Positions 1 to 9,857 of a DNA stretch of 50,662 nucleotides are shown here, piece by piece. The position numbers and the translations under genes are program-made. Position 1 is the first letter of the stretch. Each line of letters opens with the position of its first letter. The stretch comes from an uncultured Acidimicrobiales bacterium (GTDB lineage Bacteria; Actinomycetota; Acidimicrobiia; Acidimicrobiales; UBA10347), in NCBI GenBank assembly GCA_943788915.1, contig CALSSD010000003.1, positions 1 through 50,662 of the forward strand, given 5' to 3'. The notes beneath the pieces are model-generated. The model made no database searches and was not told the origin of the DNA. It worked only from the letters and a program-made list of their open reading frames with translations.

Positions 1-410
1 TTTCAGCTCGTCCCTCGCCGAAACCCTGCGTGAACTAAAGCCTCGACGGTCCGCGCACGCTAAGCGTTATCGGTAGTCCGGCTTTCAGCTCGTCCCTCGC
101 CGAAACCCTGCGTGAACTAAAGCCTCGACGGTCCGCGCACGCTAAGCGTTATCGGTAGTCCGGCTTTCAGCTCGTCCCTCGCCGAAACCCTGCGTGAACT
201 AAAGCCTCGACGGTCCGCGCACGCTAAGCGTTATCGGTAGTCCGGCTTTCAGCTCGTCCCTCGCCGAAACCCTGCGTGAACTAAAGCCTCGACGGTCCGC
301 GCACGCTAAGCGTTATCGGTAGTCCGGCTTTCAGCTCGTCCCTCGCCGAAACCCTGCGTGAACTAAAGCCTCGACGGTCCGCGCACGCTCAGCGTTGTGG
401 GTACTACGCC
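1..410. repeat. Tandem array of an 82-bp palindromic (REP-like) unit, truncated by the window start
   Basis: Identical 82-nt copies at 1-82, 83-164, 165-246 and 247-328. The fifth copy (329-410) is exact for 61 nt and has 6 mismatches in its last 21 nt. No variable spacers. Confidence 0.95.
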
Positions 411-529
411 TTGCCTTGTGTGTCTTTGGAGTTCCAGCACGAGGTGTGACGAGAATCCATTGTGTCTGACCCCTGATGGTGGCTGGATTCATGGCATCGT
501 TAAAGGTCCCCCACTCGTAGCGATGACAC

Positions 530-2149
530 GTGACCACATCTTCACCATCTTCCCCAGATTCACAAGCCCAACTTGACACTGACTTTGGCGCCTTCACCGA
601 AGTCGGCCCGTGGAGTCTGAACCTCGACTCGATCACCTGGTTGTCGAATCTCGACAGCCAGCGTGAAGACATCCGAGCCGAAGTTCCCAAGCTCATCCGC
701 AAACGACTGCTGCCTCCTGGCAGGCGCGTGATCTCAATCCTGGGTCGTTTCGGCTGGGCTATCGGCAGGTGGAAGTTCGCCAAACTTCGTGGACTCGACG
801 CCAGTCAATCCAAGGCTGAACTTTCGCTGCGACTGCGGTTGGCATCAGAAAGCCTTGGATCTACCTTCATCAAGCTGGCCCAGATCATTTCGTCGGGTGA
901 AGGCGTGTTCCCCAAGGAACTCGTGGCCGAGTTCCGCAAGTGTCGAGACCAAGTTCCCGCCGAACCGTTCTCCGTCGTGAAACAGATCGTCGAAGAAGAC
1001 CTTGGGTGCAAACTGCACGAAGTTTTCTATAGCTTCGATCGCGAACCGCTGGCTGCGGCCAGCATCGCCCAGGTCCACCGGGCCGAGATCAAGATCAACG
1101 GCGAACCCACCGAGGTCGTTGTCAAAGTCCAGCGCCCACGCATCGGCGAGTTCGTCCATGCCGACATCGCTGCGTCAGCCTGGTTGGCACCGTTTCTCGT
1201 TGGCCGCATTCCTGTGTCAGCGCTCGCCAACCCACCGGCTCTGGTCGAGGTCTTCGCCCAGTCCATCGTCGAAGAACTCGACTTCCGGCTCGAAGCCGGC
1301 AACATGCTCGATGTTGCCCGATCATTGAAGTCACTTGGGCAAGACGGCTACGTGGTCCCCCGGCCGCACCCGTCGCTTGTGACCAAACGGGTATTGGTTA
1401 TGGAGCGGCTCGACGGCTTCCAGTTCGATGATCTCGAGCGGCTGAAAGCCGAAAACATCGATCCCCACGAGATCGTTCGCACCGGCATGGTGGGTTTCCT
1501 CGAAGGAGCCATGGTCAACGGCATCTTCCACGGTGACTTGCACGGCGGCAATCTCTTCGTCCGCCCCGATGGCAAGACTGCGCTCCTCGACTATGGCATC
1601 GTCGGCCGGCTGACCGAACCCAAACGAGTGGCCTTCCTGAAACTCATGATGGCGTCGATGAGTAGCAATGTGACTGGTCAGGTCGAGGCGATACGTGACC
1701 TGGGAGCCTTGCCCCACGATGTCGACATCGCCAATGTGATCGTCGAACTTGGACTCGACGGCTCTGGCATCGACCCGATGCAGCTCGATCAGGCCGAACT
1801 TGTCAACGAGGTCAACCGGCTCGTCAAAGCCATGCTTGGTTACGGAGCCCGCATGCCTCGGGAGCTCATGTTGTTTGCCAAGAACATGGTCTTCCTCGAA
1901 GGTGCGATCTCAACACTCACACCCGACCTTGACATCTTCGCCGAGGTCCAACACATCGCCATGTGGTTCGTGAAAACCCACGGCAATCAGCTGGCCGCCG
2001 ACATCGGCATCAAGACCGACGACTTCAAGGTCGACCTCACCGCGATGAAAGGCCAGTTCGGCGTCGATCCTGCAACCGACGAATTCACCTACCGTGAACT
2101 CCAGGAACGTCGCGAGGTCATCGCCAAACGTTTCGCAGGAAAAGAGTAG
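530..2149 (+). CDS. ABC1/UbiB/AarF family atypical kinase
   Basis: 539-aa ORF with FIKLAQ, PLAAASIAQVHRA, VVVKVQRP, EELDFRLEA, FHGDLHGGN and LLDYG motifs. Confidence 0.9.
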   Translation: MTTSSPSSPDSQAQLDTDFGAFTEVGPWSLNLDSITWLSNLDSQREDIRAEVPKLIRKRLLPPGRRVISILGRFGWAIGRWKFAKLRGLDASQSKAELSLRLRLASESLGSTFIKLAQIISSGEGVFPKELVAEFRKCRDQVPAEPFSVVKQIVEEDLGCKLHEVFYSFDREPLAAASIAQVHRAEIKINGEPTEVVVKVQRPRIGEFVHADIAASAWLAPFLVGRIPVSALANPPALVEVFAQSIVEELDFRLEAGNMLDVARSLKSLGQDGYVVPRPHPSLVTKRVLVMERLDGFQFDDLERLKAENIDPHEIVRTGMVGFLEGAMVNGIFHGDLHGGNLFVRPDGKTALLDYGIVGRLTEPKRVAFLKLMMASMSSNVTGQVEAIRDLGALPHDVDIANVIVELGLDGSGIDPMQLDQAELVNEVNRLVKAMLGYGARMPRELMLFAKNMVFLEGAISTLTPDLDIFAEVQHIAMWFVKTHGNQLAADIGIKTDDFKVDLTAMKGQFGVDPATDEFTYRELQERREVIAKRFAGKE

Positions 2150-2161
2150 GCGCCGCTCTGG

Positions 2162-2788
2162 CTACGAGGCGCCGAGATCGAGGTCAAGGATGTGGCTGAG
2201 TTCTGCGAGCGCTACATGAGGGTCGACGACCTTGATGGTGGTCATCCCCATCGCTCGTGCTGGTTTGAGGTTGATACCCAAATCGTCGAGGAAGACACAT
2301 GCAGCTGGTTCGACGTCGAGTGCTTCGCAGGCAAGCTCATAGAACCGCGGCGTTGGTTTGCGTACACCGGCCTTCGACGATTCGATGATCACTTCGAAGA
2401 GCTTTTTGGCCTCTCCATGTGAGCCGCTACCGGGGTCGTCACCTGCGCTGAAGTTGTTTGTGAGCATTGCTGTTCGGTATTGATCACGAATCTTACGAAC
2501 GGCATCGATCATGAACGGTCGGATCTCGGTCTTCAGACAATCGAGGACCTCCTGACCAGGAATGGCGAAACCGAGTGCAGCAGCCTCGGATTCGAACAGC
2601 TCACAGAAACCAGCAACATCGACATCGTTGCGTTCGTATTGGGCCCAGGCATTGGTGTCCGGGTTCGTCGAGTTGATCGCACGAATCGTGTCGGCAGGCA
2701 CCCCTCGTCGTTTTTCGAGCAAGGCGAAATTGTCAAACGGGCTGGTGGTTATTACGCCACCAAAATCAAACAGCACGGCTTTAATCAC
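2162..2788 (-). CDS. HAD-IA family hydrolase (epoxide-hydrolase N-terminal phosphatase-like)
   Basis: AVLFDFGGV, LTNN, RKP and VFLDDLGINL motifs; TAGGGT 6 nt before the GTG. Confidence 0.88.
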   Translation of the reverse strand: MIKAVLFDFGGVITTSPFDNFALLEKRRGVPADTIRAINSTNPDTNAWAQYERNDVDVAGFCELFESEAAALGFAIPGQEVLDCLKTEIRPFMIDAVRKIRDQYRTAMLTNNFSAGDDPGSGSHGEAKKLFEVIIESSKAGVRKPTPRFYELACEALDVEPAACVFLDDLGINLKPARAMGMTTIKVVDPHVALAELSHILDLDLGAS

Positions 2789-2794
2789 CCGGTA

Positions 2795-2800
2795 ACCCTA
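2795..2800 (-). promoter_or_regulatory. -10 box TAGGGT, probable leaderless start of the HAD gene
   Basis: TANNNT 6 nt before GTG 2788. Confidence 0.55.
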
Positions 2801-2925
2801 TTGCCCACCGAAGCCAGGCCCTAGCCAGAGCATCAACCGCGTGTTCGGTCCGCGACGTTCGCCTGGTGCACCAGTTGCGATGAAGTGGGTCGCCACGCCG
2901 AATCAACGGCCTAGGCTTTCTGGCG

Positions 2926-4599
2926 ATGGCTGATTACATCATGACAATGCACAAGATCGGGAAGTTCATTCCACCCGATCGGGATCTCATCAAAGACATC
3001 ACACTGTCTTTCATGCACGGCGCCAAGATCGGCGTGCTCGGCCCCAACGGCGCTGGCAAGTCGACGCTGCTCAAGATCATGGCCGGCATCGATACCGACT
3101 TCAACGGCGAACTTCGACTCACGCCGGGCAACACGGTTGGCATGCTCATGCAAGAGCCCCAACTCGACGAAACCAAGAACGTCTACGACAACATCCTCGA
3201 TGGCATCGGCGATGTCGCCGAGCTACTCAAGCAGTATGACGAGGTACTTGCTGGCTGGGCTGATCCCGAGGCGGACTACGACAAGCTCGGCACCCGGCAG
3301 GCTGCCATCGAAAAAGAGCTCGACGCCAAGGAAGGTTGGGATGTCAAGCGCACTATCGAGATCGCCATGGACGCGTTGCGTACACCTCCGGCCGAGGCCG
3401 AGGTAACCACGCTCTCTGGCGGGGAAAAGCGCCGTGTTGCGCTGGCTCGCCTGCTGCTCTCCAAGCCTGACCTGTTGCTGCTCGATGAGCCTACGAACCA
3501 CCTCGACGCCGAATCAGTCGCCTGGCTTGAACGCCATCTGGCCGACTATGCCGGCACCGTCATTGCGGTAACACACGATCGCTACTTCCTTGACAATGTG
3601 GCCGGCTGGATTCTCGAACTGGACTACGGCAAGGGCATCCCGTTCGAAGGCAACTACAGCGCATGGCTCGAAGCCAAAGAAGCCCGTATGGCGCTCGACG
3701 AACGCCGCAACGTATCTCGCAAGAAGAGCTTGAAGACCGAGCTTGAGTGGATCCGTATGGCGCCAAAAGCTCGCCAGTCAAAGGGCAAGGCCCGCCTCGC
3801 TAACTACGACAAACTCGTCAAAGAGGCTAAAGAACAAACACTGCGCGATGAAAAGCTCGAGATCGAGATCCCGGCCAACAAGCGGCTCGGCGACATCGTG
3901 ATCGAAGCCAAAGACCTCAGCAAGGGTTTTGGCGACAAGCTCCTGATCGATGACCTGACCTTCACACTTCCGCCCGCTGGCATCGTCGGCATCATCGGCG
4001 CAAACGGTGCTGGTAAGACCACGTTGTTCCGCATGATCACTGGCACCGAGTCGCCCGACGAGGGCTCACTGCGGGTAGGCGAAACCGTGCAGCTCGGTTA
4101 TGTGGATCAGAGCCGTGATGCGCTCGATGCTGACCGAACTGTCTACGCCGAGATTTGTGATGGCCAAGACGTCATCGAACTCGGCGGACGTCAGATCAAT
4201 GCTCGTGCCTATGTTGCCTCGTTCAACTTCAAGGGTCCCGACCAGCAAAAGCTTGTCGGTCAACTCTCTGGCGGCGAACGTAACCGCGTTCATCTGGCCA
4301 AGGTGCTGCGTAGCGGAGCCAACGTGTTGCTCCTCGATGAGCCAACCAATGACCTCGATATCGAAACCTTGCGCTCGCTCGAGAATGCTCTCGAGATGTA
4401 CGCGGGTTGTGCCGTGATCATCAGCCACGACCGCTGGTTCCTGGATCGTATTGCGACCCACACGCTGGCATTCGAGGGTGACTCACAGGTTCGTTGGTTC
4501 GAAGGCAACTTCAGTGACTACGAGGCCTTCCGCCGAAAAGAACTGGGTTCTGCTGCGGATCAGCCAACCCGCCTTAAGTACAAGCCACTCACCCGCTGA
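2926..4599 (+). CDS. ettA: Energy-dependent translational throttle protein EttA (ABC-F ATPase)
   Basis: 557 aa, two ABC domains (GPNGAGKST, LSGGE, LLLDEPTN twice), no TM segments, EttA-type linker ELEWIRMAPKARQSKGKAR. Confidence 0.93.
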   Translation: MADYIMTMHKIGKFIPPDRDLIKDITLSFMHGAKIGVLGPNGAGKSTLLKIMAGIDTDFNGELRLTPGNTVGMLMQEPQLDETKNVYDNILDGIGDVAELLKQYDEVLAGWADPEADYDKLGTRQAAIEKELDAKEGWDVKRTIEIAMDALRTPPAEAEVTTLSGGEKRRVALARLLLSKPDLLLLDEPTNHLDAESVAWLERHLADYAGTVIAVTHDRYFLDNVAGWILELDYGKGIPFEGNYSAWLEAKEARMALDERRNVSRKKSLKTELEWIRMAPKARQSKGKARLANYDKLVKEAKEQTLRDEKLEIEIPANKRLGDIVIEAKDLSKGFGDKLLIDDLTFTLPPAGIVGIIGANGAGKTTLFRMITGTESPDEGSLRVGETVQLGYVDQSRDALDADRTVYAEICDGQDVIELGGRQINARAYVASFNFKGPDQQKLVGQLSGGERNRVHLAKVLRSGANVLLLDEPTNDLDIETLRSLENALEMYAGCAVIISHDRWFLDRIATHTLAFEGDSQVRWFEGNFSDYEAFRRKELGSAADQPTRLKYKPLTR

Positions 4600-4689
4600 C
4601 GTCGCAGTGGCCATAACGTGCCCGCCTGGCATGAGACAGTGGACTAGGGCGTTTACTCCCGCCTAGCCCGCAGCGGCAGCCAGACAACC

Positions 4690-4695
4690 TACCCT
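4690..4695 (+). promoter_or_regulatory. -10 box TACCCT for murT-gatD
   Basis: TANNNT 7 nt before GTG 4703. Confidence 0.55.
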
Positions 4696-4702
4696 CACGA
4701 CT

Positions 4703-6106
4703 GTGAGACGACTGGCTGGCTTCATAGCGAACGCCTCGGGTTGGCTCAGCAGACGGCTGGGCCGAGGCGGCGGCACGACACTTCCCGGTGTGGTGCTGCT
4801 CAAATTGCGCCCACACGCCGTCGCTGAGTATGCAGCAGATCTCCACCACGGCAGCATCCTGGTTTCCGCTACCAACGGAAAAACAACCACAACCCGGCTG
4901 CTCGCTGCGGCCACCCGGGTTGCTGGTTATCACGTGGTGACCAACACCGAGGGCTCCAACCTCGAGCGAGGTATCGCCGCTGCGCTGCTCAAAGGCGCAA
5001 ACGGTGCTGACGTAGGCTTGTTCGAAGTCGACGAGGCCGCCCTTACCTCGGTCGCTGCCTCGACCCAACCCCAGGTCGTGGTGCTCATGAACCTGTTCCG
5101 CGATCAACTCGATCGGTACGGCGAACTCGAAACCCTCGTCGACAAATGGCGCGACCTGCTCGATGACCTCGCCGCCCAGCACGAACCTCCGATGCTCGTG
5201 CTGAATGCCGACGACCCCAACATTGCTGCGCTCGGCCGGGACCGAGACAATGTCGTGTGGTTCGGCGTCGACGACACCAGCCACGCCGTTGCCCACCTCG
5301 CCCATGCGGCCGACGCAACGATGTGTCGCAACTGCGGCGCCCCGCTTGAGCACACCGTTGTCTTGGTCGGCCATCTCGGACACTGGCATTGTCCAAACTG
5401 CGATGCCACTCGGCCTTCGCCGACCATCAGCGCAACCCAGATCGCATTGACGCCTTCCGGCCAGCACATCACCGTGCGGTACCCCACAAACGCCGGGCCA
5501 CCCATCACCATGACCATCGATTCACCACTTCCTGGTCTGCACAATTCGTACAACATCGTGGCCGCCTTTGCTGCGTCATGGGCTATTGCCGCTCGCACCC
5601 AACGGCCCCAAGATGTCGATGCGGTGGCCCGGGTGATTGCCGAGACCAAACCAGCGTTTGGTCGGGGCGAAATCATCAGCATCGACGACAAACGGATACA
5701 GCTGCTGCTGGCCAAGAACCCGACCGGGGTAAACCAAAACGTACGCACCCTGCTGAACAGCCCAGGCGAGCTACATGTGCTGGTGCTCCTGAATGACCGC
5801 ACGGCCGATGGCCAGGACGTCAGCTGGATCTGGGACGTCGACTGGGAACCGCTGCGACCCCGACTGGCCTCACTCACGCTCGGCGGTGATCGGGCGTGGG
5901 ATCTTGCACTCCGGTTCCAGTACGGCGGTTTCGATATGGACAAGATCAAGGTCGCTCCAGATCCCTCCAATGCGCTCGACATCGCGTTGAACGACACATT
6001 GCCTGGGCAGACGTTGCATGCGCTGCCGACCTATACCGCCATGATCGACCTGCGCCGGGTGCTGACCCAACGTGGTCACACCGCCGCCTACTGGAGCGAC
6101 GAATGA
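4703..6106 (+). CDS. murT: Lipid II isoglutaminyl synthase subunit MurT (Mur ligase + DUF1727)
   Basis: GGGTTLPG, TNGKTTT, NLFRDQLDRYGE, CxxC..CxxC zinc finger, LAKNPTG, DGQDVSWIWDVD and LPTYTAM; ATGA overlap with gatD. Confidence 0.92.
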   Translation: MRRLAGFIANASGWLSRRLGRGGGTTLPGVVLLKLRPHAVAEYAADLHHGSILVSATNGKTTTTRLLAAATRVAGYHVVTNTEGSNLERGIAAALLKGANGADVGLFEVDEAALTSVAASTQPQVVVLMNLFRDQLDRYGELETLVDKWRDLLDDLAAQHEPPMLVLNADDPNIAALGRDRDNVVWFGVDDTSHAVAHLAHAADATMCRNCGAPLEHTVVLVGHLGHWHCPNCDATRPSPTISATQIALTPSGQHITVRYPTNAGPPITMTIDSPLPGLHNSYNIVAAFAASWAIAARTQRPQDVDAVARVIAETKPAFGRGEIISIDDKRIQLLLAKNPTGVNQNVRTLLNSPGELHVLVLLNDRTADGQDVSWIWDVDWEPLRPRLASLTLGGDRAWDLALRFQYGGFDMDKIKVAPDPSNALDIALNDTLPGQTLHALPTYTAMIDLRRVLTQRGHTAAYWSDE

Positions 6107-6879
6107 ACGCCGCCTACACCGTGCGTCTGTGCCATCTCTATCCCGAGATGATGAATATCTATGCTGATCGCGGCAATATCGCCGTATTCCGCCAAAGGCT
6201 CGCGTGGCGAGATATGGCGCTGGAGATTACTGAGATCGGGCTAGGCGACATCATCGACCCTGGCCAACATGACTTGTACTACCTGGGTGGCGGTCAGGAT
6301 CGTGACCAGAATCTGGTAGCCAAAGATCTGGTAGCTAACGCTGCCACGTTGCAGGCTGCCGCCCATGCTGGGGCCGCTCAACTTTATGTATGTGGAGGCA
6401 TCCAGCTCGCAGGACACCAGTACGTGACTGCCGACGGCACCAGCCTTCCTGGGCTTGGCATCCTGGATCTTGTCACCGAAGCCGGTGCTACTCGTCTCAT
6501 TGGTGATCTCGTGATCGATGCGACCATCGAAGGCACGACCCAACGGGTCGTCGGCTACGAAAACCATGCCGGCCGCACTCGTCTAGGCGCCAGTTGTGTG
6601 CCACTCGGCCGAGTGGTGAGTGGTCACGGCAACGACGGCGAAAGCGGCAACGAAGGAGCGGTCTTGAACCACGTGATCGGCACCTATCTGCACGGGCCGC
6701 TGCTGCCAAAGAACCCCTGGCTTGCCGACCTGCTGCTCGGTTGGGCTCTCGAGCACCGCTACGGCCGAGATGTCGCCCTGCGTCCGCTCGAAGATGCCGT
6801 CGAAGCTCAGGGCTCACACAGCAGCAATCGGCCGGGCCGGCGTCAGACGCTGACCCACGGGACGACATGGTCGAATTAG
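6103..6879 (+). CDS. gatD: Lipid II isoglutaminyl synthase glutaminase subunit GatD (CobQ-like); probable +1 frameshift near the 3' end, corrected stop at 6853
   Basis: HLYPEMMNIYADRGN, GGGQDRDQ, VCGGIQL, ENHAGRT and GTYLHGPLLPKNP motifs; start chosen at the ATGA overlap with the murT stop. Confidence 0.9.
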   Translation: MNAAYTVRLCHLYPEMMNIYADRGNIAVFRQRLAWRDMALEITEIGLGDIIDPGQHDLYYLGGGQDRDQNLVAKDLVANAATLQAAAHAGAAQLYVCGGIQLAGHQYVTADGTSLPGLGILDLVTEAGATRLIGDLVIDATIEGTTQRVVGYENHAGRTRLGASCVPLGRVVSGHGNDGESGNEGAVLNHVIGTYLHGPLLPKNPWLADLLLGWALEHRYGRDVALRPLEDAVEAQGSHSSNRPGRRQTLTHGTTWSN

Positions 6880-8807
6880 CGTCCGTCTCGTGCTGTTTGC
6901 AGTTCGCTCGCCTCGATGTGGTCTTGTAATACCTGGGGTCGTGGTGGCGGCACGGCCTCGCCGAGGAGTTCGTAGATGACGTGCCCTTCAACAGTCTCGT
7001 CGTGCAACAACATCTCGGTGAGTTGGTCAAGTACCCGTCGATGCTGCTGCAACAACCGCAGCGCTGCCTCGAGCGCCTCGCTCACGATCCGGCCCACTTC
7101 GCGATCGATGATGCGCTGAGTGTCTTCGGAGAACCGCATGGAACTGTCAGGCCCACTCGTTAGATAGACCGGCCCCGAACCGGGGTAACTCACCGGCCCG
7201 AGTTTCTTGGATAACCCGTATTCCTTAACCATCTTGGTAGCGAGAGACGTGGCAACCGCCAGATCATTTGCCGCTCCGGTCGAAGCCCGATCAAACACCA
7301 ACAACTCGGCAGCGCGCCCACCGAGTTGGACTGCCAGTGTGTCGTACAGATACTGCTCGCTGTAGAGATGTCGCTCGTGCTCAGGAAGCTGCTGAGTGTT
7401 CCCCAGCGACTCGCCGGCAGGCAGAATCGTGACTCGATGAACCGGATCGGCGGCCTCGCTGACCGCGGCAACAACAGCGTGGCCCGCCTCATGAGCGGCG
7501 ACTGCTCGTCGTTCCTCCGGTAGCAGGACACCCGAACGATCACGATGGCCGAGGAGTATCCGGTCATAGGCCGCAGTGAAGTCATCGACTTCGATGACGT
7601 GGCGGCCATCGCGTGCCGCTCGAATGGCAGCTTCGTTCACCAGGTTGGCCAGATCAGCACCGCTGAAACCAGGAGTTTGCCGAGACAAGGTTTCGAGGTG
7701 GTCTTGATTGGCGAGAGACTTACCTCGCACGTGCACTGCCAGGATTGCTTGTCGTTCAGCTTGATTCGGCAAAGGGATGACTACCTGACGGTCGAAGCGG
7801 CCGGGACGCAACAGAGCCGGATCGAGGATCTCTGCCCGGTTCGTGGCCGCCAAGACGATGACACCTGTTGTCGGCTCGAATCCGTCCATCTCCGCGAGCA
7901 GCTGGTTCAGCGTCTGCTCACGTTCATCGTTTGCGAGGACGGCGCCACCACTGCGACGTTGCCCGATCGCGTCGATCTCGTCAACGAAGATGATCGCCGG
8001 CGCCTGCTTTCGGGCCTCCTCGAACAAGTCCCGCACACGCGATGCGCCTACTCCGACGAACATTTCAACGAAACTCGATCCAGTCACGGAGAAGAACGGC
8101 ACACCGACTTCGCCAGCTAAGGCGCGGGCCATCAACGTCTTTCCGGTTCCTGGTGGCCCCGTCATCAGCACACCCCTGGGAGCGATTGCTCCGGCGCTGC
8201 GATACCGATCGGGCTCTCGTAAGAAGTCCGCGATTTCACGGATCTCCTCCTTGACCGACTCGTAGCCGGCGACATCGGCGAACGTGGTCGTTGGCCGATC
8301 CGAATCGAACACCTTGGCCCGAGATCGACCCATGCCCATTGCGCCCGATAGGCCGCTAGTTGCGCGTCTGCCCATATAGACGAACACGCCGACGATCAAC
8401 AGGACTGGCAGCAGCATAAACAGCCATGTCACGAGCGTGCTGCCGATCGAGGTCTGTTGGTCGATCGCGACCACCTCGATATCGGCTGCCTCGAGTCGAC
8501 TGAGGAGCGAGTCGCCAGTCAGAGCGACGGGAATGCGGGTCTCGTACAACGTGCCGTCGGTGAGTTCGACCAGTGTCTCGCCATCGGGTTGGATCTCTGC
8601 TGTGCTGACAAGGCCTTCATCGACCGAACGCAAGAACTCGAAGTAGGGAATCTCCTCGTTCGTTGGTGCTTGCCCAAAGGCGACCTGCCAGAACAGCAAC
8701 GACAACAACACCCAGGCACCAACGACGAAGACTCGACGGTTGTTGAACCTCGACTTTGATTCAGGTTTTGGCGTCGGTGGAGGTGGAGCGTCAGCCGGGT
8801 ATCTCAC
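6876..8807 (-). CDS. ftsH: ATP-dependent zinc metalloprotease FtsH (probably a paralog)
   Basis: Two N-terminal TM segments, [41 protein letters not shown] and the HEAGH zinc motif. Confidence 0.93.
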   Translation of the reverse strand: MRYPADAPPPPTPKPESKSRFNNRRVFVVGAWVLLSLLFWQVAFGQAPTNEEIPYFEFLRSVDEGLVSTAEIQPDGETLVELTDGTLYETRIPVALTGDSLLSRLEAADIEVVAIDQQTSIGSTLVTWLFMLLPVLLIVGVFVYMGRRATSGLSGAMGMGRSRAKVFDSDRPTTTFADVAGYESVKEEIREIADFLREPDRYRSAGAIAPRGVLMTGPPGTGKTLMARALAGEVGVPFFSVTGSSFVEMFVGVGASRVRDLFEEARKQAPAIIFVDEIDAIGQRRSGGAVLANDEREQTLNQLLAEMDGFEPTTGVIVLAATNRAEILDPALLRPGRFDRQVVIPLPNQAERQAILAVHVRGKSLANQDHLETLSRQTPGFSGADLANLVNEAAIRAARDGRHVIEVDDFTAAYDRILLGHRDRSGVLLPEERRAVAAHEAGHAVVAAVSEAADPVHRVTILPAGESLGNTQQLPEHERHLYSEQYLYDTLAVQLGGRAAELLVFDRASTGAANDLAVATSLATKMVKEYGLSKKLGPVSYPGSGPVYLTSGPDSSMRFSEDTQRIIDREVGRIVSEALEAALRLLQQHRRVLDQLTEMLLHDETVEGHVIYELLGEAVPPPRPQVLQDHIEASELQTARDGR

Positions 8808-8912
8808 GTGCCAATGCTGGCGTTAAGGCCAGCGCTTGCGTAGGGGCAAAAGGCACAAGTACTTGCCGGGTGATGGCGGCCGACGGCGTTTTGTTCATGC
8901 TGTAGCCGAGGT

Positions 8913-8950
8913 CACCCTCGACGTGTCGCCTCGACAACACATCGAGGGTG
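8913..8950 (-). other. 14-bp intergenic stem-loop between nucS and ftsH (possible terminator or structured element)
   Basis: caccctcga-c-gtgt ... acac-a-tcgagggtg; the single mismatch is a U-G pair on the minus strand; 10-nt loop. Confidence 0.45.
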
Positions 8951-9100
8951 CTGCCACCGTGATACTGGGTCCATGCGCTACTTCTTCACCCGGCCGACGA
9001 ACGCTCCTGTCGTGTCAGGGCCGATTCCTATTCCGTACCCATACTCAATCCCGGACAGCCCGTTCAAGCGCACTGGCCCGACCAAACGTCGTGAGCAGTC

Positions 9101-9760
9101 CTAGAAGAGGCGGGGTTCTTTGGGTTCGATGCCCCGGAGTTCGTCGTAGTCGACAACTTGCCATTCGATAGAGCGATCTGTGGCCAGCACTTTGGCCTGG
9201 GGTTTGATCTCTTGCGCCACAAACATGCCGCGGACCGGGCGAAGCTGCGGGTCGCGGTTCAAGAACTCGAGGTAACGGGTGAGCTGTTCCACGCCGTCGA
9301 TTTCGCCTCGTCGCTTGATCTCGACAGCGATCGTGCCGCCATCAGCGTCTTTGAGTAGAAGGTCGACGGGACCGATATCGGTCGGATATTCGCGGCGTAC
9401 CAGTCGCATGCCGTCGCCCATTGTCTCGGGTGCTGCTGCGAGCAGTTCCTGGAGATGGGACTCGACGCCATCCTTCTGGAGGCCAGGGTCAATTCCCATT
9501 TCGATAGCGGTGTCCGACAGGGTCTCGTGCATTGTGATCCGCAATGTCTCGCCCTTGGGACTCGTAACCGTCCAACCTTCGTCATCGAACGTGAGCCGGT
9601 TGGGGGCATTCATCCAGTTGAGTGGCTTGTAAGCGCCTCCGTCGGCATGGATCGCCACGCAACCGTCGGCCTTGACCATAATCAGCCGCACAGCCTCGGG
9701 AAGATGGGCGGTGAGCCGGCCGTCGTAGTCGACGGTGCAGCGGGCAATGACGAGTCGCAT
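9101..9760 (-). CDS. nucS: Mismatch-specific endonuclease NucS/EndoMS
   Basis: [49 protein letters not shown] and [24 protein letters not shown] 7 nt before the ATG at 9760. Confidence 0.95.
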   Translation of the reverse strand: MRLVIARCTVDYDGRLTAHLPEAVRLIMVKADGCVAIHADGGAYKPLNWMNAPNRLTFDDEGWTVTSPKGETLRITMHETLSDTAIEMGIDPGLQKDGVESHLQELLAAAPETMGDGMRLVRREYPTDIGPVDLLLKDADGGTIAVEIKRRGEIDGVEQLTRYLEFLNRDPQLRPVRGMFVAQEIKPQAKVLATDRSIEWQVVDYDELRGIEPKEPRLF

Positions 9761-9767
9761 TGCGGAA

Positions 9768-9773
9768 ACCCTA
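9768..9773 (-). promoter_or_regulatory. -10 box TAGGGT for nucS
   Basis: TANNNT 7 nt before ATG 9760. Confidence 0.55.
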
Positions 9774-9857
9774 ACCGAGCGAATCGGCAACATCGGGGAA
9801 CCATTCCTGGTCCGATTTGACGAGGGGCATGGTCGCACCAGCTACCGTCTAGTCCGG

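Noticed and set aside
1..410. CRISPR array
   Set aside because: The 82-nt units are identical end to end with no unique spacers, and there are no cas genes in the window.
1..410. Tandem hammerhead or HDV-like ribozymes
   Set aside because: GAAA and TCCCTCG are present, but there is no CUGANGA core on either strand and I could not build the HDV double pseudoknot. A cmscan would settle it.
331..783. 150-aa minus-strand ORF ending in the repeat
   Set aside because: Mostly antisense to the ABC1 kinase, runs into the repeat unit, and has no recognisable motifs.
5896..6102. N-terminal extension of gatD in the ORF track
   Set aside because: Overlaps murT; the ATGA-coupled start at 6103 gives a typical GatD N-terminus.
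8836..9171. 111-aa plus-strand ORF in the ftsH-nucS gap
   Set aside because: TTG start, Arg/Pro-rich low-information sequence, overlaps the nucS 3' end.
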